A DNA stretch of 27,739 nt, taken from Octopus sinensis. Lineage: Eukaryota. A model generated the notes under the pieces. The model had not been told where the DNA came from. It was given only the letters and a program-made list of their open reading frames with translations, and made no database searches. Positions within the stretch are counted from its first letter, which is position 1, and the number at the start of each line of letters is the position of its first letter. The position numbers and the translations under genes were made by a program. Below, piece after piece: positions 21,413-27,739 of the stretch. The stretch is taken from positions 1-27,739 of the forward strand of contig NW_021832960.1 of NCBI RefSeq assembly GCF_006345805.1, read 5' to 3'.

Positions 21413-21705
21413 TGCCCTGATGCAGTACCAGGCAATGGCTCTCATGGCTGTTGATCTTAACTGATTGGAAGTGTTATCATGTACATTGTTTTGTCTTGGT
21501 ATAAAAGATGGGCTACAGTAAATATTCTGCTCAATACCACAGATTTGCTTGTCAGTTGCTTGACCTTAAACAGTTGAGTATGTCCCTTGGTGGCTGACGA
21601 TATGTGCATCTCTGATCACGAGCAGAAGTAGTGGGGGAGCATCATAGCCATGTGTTGAGAGGGATTCTTTGAGGTTCGGATAATTCACCTTTGGAAACAT
21701 GGGGG
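21378..21705 (-). mobile_element. Retroposon 3' end with (TTA)n tail, family unassigned
   Basis: About 300 bp of moderately GC-rich sequence ending on the minus strand in ...GCATCAGGGCATT followed by (TTA)n. Confidence 0.55.
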
Positions 21706-22082
21706 TTTTTCTCATCATGCATTTTGGGTTCAAATCCTGCCAAGGACAATTTTTGCCGTTGTCCTTTAGAGGTCGATAAAATAAAGTACCAAGTGAAGCA
21801 CCGTGACTGATCCTATTGACTGACTCCTTACTTAAAAATAGTTGGCCTTTTGTCTAAACCATTGTGAAATAGAGAAATTATTATTTCTATCAAAGTTGGC
21901 AGATTACAGAATCGATCGAGCATCAAACAAAACAACTCGGTTACATTGTTGTTAGATTCTCAGTTCAAATCTTGCTAGTGTCACCTTCACTTCTAATCCC
22001 CTCCATGGTCATTACACTAAAGTACAAACATGAGTCCAATGGGATTACTCTCTCTCTCTCTCCTCTCTCTCTCTCTGTATAT

Positions 22083-22132
<50 letters not shown>

Positions 22133-22650
22133 TAATGTAGGATAAAATTTTTTCTTCGAAAAAAATTCTTTTCGAAAAAAATTTTATCAATGGCCAGCAT
22201 ATTAAAAAATACCTTTAAAGGTTAAATTTATAAACAATTCATAAATAAGGGCAAACGAAAAAATTTCTAATGCCAAATATGCCGCAAAATTGGACATATT
22301 GTCCATTAACCATATAATTTTTTCACAATACGCACGCTACTCGAAAACAGGTCGACAGAAATTTCTAAAAGATTCCATTATTACCATATCGGACCGATTT
22401 TGGGGTTAGCTCATAATAGCCCTCCCTTCGTCAGTGATACATGTGGCAAAAGAAATAAATGAGATACTTACTCATACCCATGGAAGAAGCAAACACTAAG
22501 TCATGAGCACAATGAATTGTATATATATATATATATTATATAAGCGCAGGAGTTGCTGTGTGGCAAGTGGCTTGCTTCGGTCCCACTGCATGGCACCGTG
22601 GGCAAGTGTCTTTTACTATAGCCTGTGTCTTGTGAGATGCAGGCTGAATC

Positions 22651-23535
22651 ATATTCCCACAATTTATACCCTATTCCCACAACCGTAACCCTTTTGCACA
22701 AGTTGTAACCTATTCCCACAGGCTGAATTTTATTCCCACAATTTATACCCTATTCCCAAAGGCTCTTACCCATTCCCACAACCGTAACGCCTTTGCACGA
22801 GTCCTAACCTATCCCCATAGGCTGTATTCTATTCCCACTGGTGGTAATCTATGCTTACTGTCAGTATTCTTCTCCCATAACTTGTAACTTACTCCCACAA
22901 CTTGTAATTGAATCTTTCCAGTTGCAACATATTCCTACAGTCTGTAATCTATTGCCATGATTTGTAACCTATTCTTGCAGCGTATTACATATTCCCACAG
23001 CCTTTAACTTATTCCCACAAGTTGTAACTTATTCCCACAATTTGTAATCTAATCTCTCCAGTTGTAAGTATTCCTGCAGGCTATAGTCTATTTCCATGAT
23101 TTGTAACCTATTCTTGCAGCTTATTACATATTCCCACAGGCTTTACCCTATTCCCACAAGTTTTAACTTATTCCCACAATTTGTAATCTAATCTCTCCAG
23201 TTGTAAGTATTCCTGCAGGCTATAGTCTATTTCCATGATTTGTAACCTATTCTTGCAGCTTATTACATATTCCCACAGGCTTTACCCTATTCCCACAAGT
23301 TTTAACTTATTCCCACAATTTGTAATCTAATCTCTCCAGTTGTAAGTATTCCTGCAGCCTATGATCTATTCCCAAGATTTGTAACCTGTTCTCACAGCTT
23401 ATAACATATTCCCACCAGCTTTAACCTAATCCCACAAGTGGTAACCTATACTAATAAGTTGCAACTTATTCCATAGGCTGTAACCTATTCCCACTGTTTG
23501 TAACATGTTCCCACAGGTTGTAGGCTTTTCCCAAA
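22651..23535. repeat. 20-bp minisatellite (consensus ~TATTCCCACAAGTTGTAACC) with 139-bp higher-order repeat
   Basis: Monomer anchors are ~20 bp apart. The HOR marker TTTGTAATCTAATCTC is at 23041, 23180 and 23319, with a degenerate copy at 22901. Confidence 0.95.
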
Positions 23536-24454
23536 GCTAGACGAATGGATTGAGCATCTGGCTGTGTTTCATCCAATTAATTCCATTTAATCTTGTGCAA
23601 ATTGCTCGTGTTTTAAATTTGGGGTGGCTTAAGAAAGCATCATTTAAATTCAGATAGGATGTTGCACTAATCATCACAATACTTGAGCACATAGGGGAGA
23701 GAGAGAGAGATAGAGAGAAAGTGAGAGATAGGCTGGGTTACAAATCTATTTAGGCCATACAAGTTTACAGAGACAGATTTTATCATGATGATGTGATAGT
23801 GATGCTGATGTTGTTGTTGTTGTTGTTGCTATTTCAACCCAGACGAATGTAGAAAAATTGAAGTAGCAAACTTTGAAACAATGCCTTCTTTTTCACCTCG
23901 TTAATGGGTATTTTTTGTTGTTTTTTTTTTCTTTCTTTCTTTCTTTGCCATCCAATTATTGTAAAATATTTCTAGGTATAGGGTTATATAAAGTTAACAA
24001 TATCTTGCCAAAAATTCAGGTAATTATAACTGACATTTTCAAAACTGTCTCCATAGGAAAAGAAAAAACAAAGAGTGAAAGAAAGACAGAATGGAAAAAG
24101 AGGAAGAATAAAAGGAATGTCTCAAGAACTCCTCCACTTCGCTCTTCTTCTTCTCTCTCTCTCTCTCTGTCACTCTCTCTCTCCTAGCTTTCTGAACTTC
24201 TCACATCTGAGCAGCCACGGCTGTTGTAAATTTCAACTGTATATCCAATGGCTGAGCTTAGCTTACCTACATATACATAGATACGTTCTTAGATATAAAG
24301 TATGTGTCTGTTTGTGTGTGTGTGTGTATACATGCTTATATACATGGATGTAAACACACCAACATTGGTTGTCAAGTGATGGTGGGGGTGGGAACAAGCT
24401 TACAAATATATATACATATGTATATGTATATATATATATACATATATATATGTG

Positions 24455-24661
24455 ACTGCGTGTGTACCGTTGGCGATTTTTTTTTTCCCTCTGTCTTCCC
24501 TTCTCTGGATCTTTCCTTCTCCTATGTTTCCGACGAAGATCTCCGCTCGAAACGTTAAACCCTCCTTCTTCCCTTCCTTCTTGAGCGTCCAATAATACTT
24601 TATTTGCTCCACATCCTCGCGTTGTTGTGTTTTCTCCTTGTGTTTTCATGTTGGGATTAAC
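24455..24661 (+). mobile_element. Penelope-like terminal fragment abutting (TA)n
   Basis: Pyrimidine-rich ~200-bp unit with CCGACGAAGA...GCTCGAAACGTT, ending at GGGATTAAC directly before a TA tract. Confidence 0.55.
24526..24560 (+). ncRNA. Minimal hammerhead-like motif (HHR-3), variant core
   Basis: Stem I GTTT(24526-29)/AAAC(24557-60); core CCGACGA (U4 replaced by C) plus extra A; stem II GATC/GCTC with one mismatch; GAAA; CGTT. Confidence 0.45.
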
Positions 24662-24829
24662 TATATATATATAATATATATATATATATTATATATACCA
24701 CATATACACATATATACACACACATAAATATCATATATTATGTATATATACATATATATATTGTATATAAACATATTATATATATATATATATATATAAT
24801 ATATATATACACATATTATATACATACAT

Positions 24830-24868
<39 letters not shown>

Positions 24869-24896
24869 GCAACACACACACACATACACATATATA

Positions 24897-25055
24897 TGAT
24901 GGACTTCTTTCAGTTTCTGTCTGCCAGATCTGCTCACAAGGTTTTGGTCAGCCTGTGACTATAGTAGAAGGCACTTATCTAAGGTACCACGCTGTAGGAC
25001 TGAACCCAGAATCATATGGTTGAGAAGCAAGCATCTTACTACACAGCCACGCCTC
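24897..25055 (-). mobile_element. SINE family A head
   Basis: GGACTTCTTTCAGTTTC...GGACTGAACCCAG...CTTACTACACAGCCAC. Confidence 0.8.
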
Positions 25056-25547
25056 CAACAATATATGTTTGTGACATATTTGGTCATTTTTACTGCAGCT
25101 CGCTATGAAGAAAACTCCTTTAAGCAAAAGATGTAAAAACCTCTAAAGACAGTTAAGCTTGATCCCGTAGGGATTAGTAGATACATTTCAAGCTTTTTGT
25201 GCTCTCATCAGTGCCAGATACCAAACAGGGCAACTCTAAACTGACAAGAAATCAGTAAGAATTATTGACCAATTGCACACTTCAGCCACCTGGTTGGAAC
25301 AAAATAAGTGAGTACCACATGAGGCTGTGGTATAAATTAGAAGAAAAAAAAACTTTAGGTCAGTTCAAATGTGTTTTGGGACATTTTTGATCCGTAAAAG
25401 AAAGGCCATTTTCACTGCGGTTTGCCGTGGAGAAAATGTCCAGCGTCTAGGCAAAAGAGGTAAGCACACCAAAGTTAGTCCAGAGTGCCAACCACTATGG
25501 ACTAATAGAATTTTTTCCTTTGCAAAACTGCTGTGGCCTTTTTACAG

Positions 25548-25911
25548 GTCAAAGCGAACCATCCAAATGTGGTCGTTGCCAGCGCCACCCCGACGGGCCT
25601 CCGTGCCGGTGGTACGTAAATAGCACCAACTGATCGTGGCCATTGCCAGCCTCGCCTGGCCCCTGTGCCGGTGGCACGTAAAAAGCACCATCCGACTGTG
25701 GCCGTTTGCCAGCCCCGACTGGCACCTGTGCCTGTGGCACGTAAAAAGCACCCACTACACTCACAGAGTGGTTGGCGTTAGGAAGGGCATCCAGCCGTAT
25801 AAACATTGCCAGATCAGACTGGAGCCTGGTGCAGCCTCCTGGCTTCCCAGACCCCAGTTGAACCGTCCAACCCATGCTAGCATGGAAAGCGGACGCTAAA
25901 CGATGATGATG
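25548..25911 (+). mobile_element. RTE-clade LINE 3' end with three ~62-bp hairpin units
   Basis: GTGCCGGTGGCAC-type motifs at 25603, 25665 and 25728, then GGAAGGGCATCCAGCC and the family tail. Confidence 0.82.
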
Positions 25912-25961
25912 AAATACGTCCTGAGTATATTTGAGTTGATCTAAAGTTTAATATTCATCGT

Positions 25962-26140
25962 TATCATCATCATCATCATATGTCCATGTTCTATCCTGGT
26001 ATGGTTGGGAGAGCTTGGCAGGATCCAGTGGGTCCAGAGACTGCATCATGCTCCAGTGTCTGCTTTGGCACGGTTCCCAGAACTGGATGCCCTTCCTAAT
26101 GCCAACCACATTACAACATGCACTGGATACCGTTTTTGTG
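25962..26140 (-). mobile_element. Diverged RTE-tail-bearing element, inverted relative to 25548-25911
   Basis: (ATC)n followed by TGTCCATGTT and CTGGATGCCCTTCCTAATGCCAACCAC. Confidence 0.6.
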
Positions 26141-26974
26141 TGCCATCAGCCCTTTGGAGGCCACCATGCAGCTCACAGGACGACAAACCCCAAGGAAGTA
26201 AGGGCTGGCTTTGTACTAGGGAACGAGGTGGGGTTAAAGTTTGAGAGGAATGGAAGTGGCGGAGCAGGTTCATGCTGAAGAGCTGCATGTTTGTTTACAT
26301 AGTTGTAGGGGAAGAGGTATTACCCTTAATCTGATGGTAGGAGGATCCTCGTGTTTATTGGATTGTGGGTGTATTGAGAGGAGATAGACTGATGCATGAA
26401 GTCTGATTCGAGGGCAGGACGAGGAGGAGGCAGGGGAAATGCTTGGTGAATCAGAAAATGATTATATGGGAAATACTAACAGTTTCTCTGATGGATAAGA
26501 GAGACTGAGAGAGAGGTAGAGAGTGAGTGATTGATTGATTGATTGATGGATTGGTAGACAACCAGTGTGACATTGATTGATTGAGAAAGAAAACAGATTA
26601 ATACACAGACAGGGAAATTGATTGATAGATAAATAAATAGATTTATATATACACGCTTACATACATACATACACACACACACTCATACACATATCTACAT
26701 ACTTACATATACACATATATTTATATACATATATATATATATGCATATACGCATACATATGCATGTATACAAACGAAAACATATATGCATACGTACAAAC
26801 ATGCACACACATATATGTGTATATATACACGGATATCTATATCTTAGCGTAATTAAAATTATTTATTTCCGTGTAGACTTCCTTTTTTTCCCCAGTGCAT
26901 ATGCATCAGTGAATTAATGTAATTTCCATCTACATCCATCACAGTGATGTAAATAATTGTGTGTCTGTATGTGT

Positions 26975-27034
<60 letters not shown>

Positions 27035-27364
27035 ATGATTGAAAATAACAGTAATCTGATAAAAAATATATTTTGATAAAAATGAATATAGAATTCAAAT
27101 ACATATTGAGGTTGATAATGATTGACAACCTTGAGGGCGGTGCCCTAGGATAGGCTGAATCTAATAACTGAAACTGGTAAAAGAATACACAATAAGAAGC
27201 TTGCTTCACAACGACGTAGTTTTGGGTTCAGTCCCACGCTATGGCACCGTGGTCAAGTGCCTGTTGCTTGCTGTTTCCTGGAGCAGATCGATACCTTGTC
27301 ACCAGCAAGGGCAGGGATGGAGGGAAGCTTTCATATGTCACTGGAACCGGTCATGGCTATGGGC

Positions 27365-27563
27365 TTCATTTGGCATGATGTGTCTTTTCAAACACAACAA
27401 ATCACCAAAGGTCTCCATCGCTTGTCATTGCCTCTGTCAGATTCAACATCTGAAGATCATGCGTCACACCTCATCCCACGTCTTCCTGGGTCTATCTCTT
27501 CCGCTGGTTCTCTCTACAGTTAGGGGTCGACACTTCTTTATGCAGCTGTCCTCGTCCATACGC
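27365..27563 (-). pseudogene. RTE-clade LINE ORF C-terminal remnant
   Basis: Minus strand gives RMDEDSCIKKCRPLTVERTSGRDRPRKTWDEV, then after a 1-nt frameshift THDLQMLNLTEAMTSDGDLW*FVVFEKTHHAK*. This matches the RTE C-terminal signature R..GRP...W...V..DL......A..DR..W. It has one frameshift and one internal stop. Confidence 0.8.
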
Positions 27564-27584
27564 TATATATACATTCTTTTATTC

Positions 27585-27739
27585 TTTTATTCCTTTACTC
27601 GTTTCAGTCATTTGACTGCAGCCATGCTGGAGCACTGCCCTTAGTCGAACAAATCGACCCCAGGACTTATTCTTTATAAGCCTAGTACTTATTCTATCGG
27701 TCTCTTTTGCTGAACCGCTAAGTTACGGGGACATAAACC
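27585..27739 (-). mobile_element. SINE family A 3' body, cut by the window end
   Basis: GTTTCAGTCATTTGACTGCAGCCATGCTGGAGCAC...CCCCAGGACTTATTC...CCGCTAAGTTACGGGGAC. Confidence 0.9.

Noticed and set aside
22651-23535. Coding tandem repeat
   Set aside because: The 20-bp and 139-bp periods are not multiples of three and no long ORF is present.
23873-24187. Lys/Arg/Ser-rich ORF resembling an SR-type tail
   Set aside because: It is explained by an AG-rich tract followed by a (CT)n microsatellite; no domain is recognisable.
25552-25752. Repeat-spacer pattern around GTGCCGGTGGCAC
   Set aside because: The apparent spacers are diverged homologues of each other, so this is an ordinary tandem unit within a LINE 3'UTR.
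26140-26450. Possible CR1/L2 LINE ORF end on the minus strand
   Set aside because: Only a faint resemblance (NMQLFSMNL) with no continuous frame; too degraded to call.

Overview
AT-rich, repeat-saturated non-coding eukaryotic DNA. It is most likely intronic or intergenic sequence from a coleoid cephalopod (Octopus-like); this is inferred from recalled repeat families and microsatellite density, not from a database search. I can support no intact protein-coding gene. The long ORFs in the track are translations of microsatellites or repeat copies. The window holds four kinds of content. (1) Retroposons: many copies of a tRNA-derived SINE with an internal (TA/TG)n tract, a second SINE family that forms tandem multimers, a tRNA-derived SINE with a clean 13-bp target-site duplication, and 5'-truncated 3' ends of an RTE-clade LINE. 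(2) A complete non-autonomous Helitron. (3) Three short elements resembling Penelope-like termini, each with a minimal hammerhead-ribozyme fold and covarying stems. (4) Two structured tandem arrays: a ~2.2-kb, 17-unit satellite built from a SINE fragment, with an emerging dimeric higher-order pattern, and a 20-bp minisatellite with a 139-bp higher-order repeat whose monomer carries the CSL/Su(H) motif TGTGGGAA. Coordinates were counted by hand and element ends may be off by a few bases.
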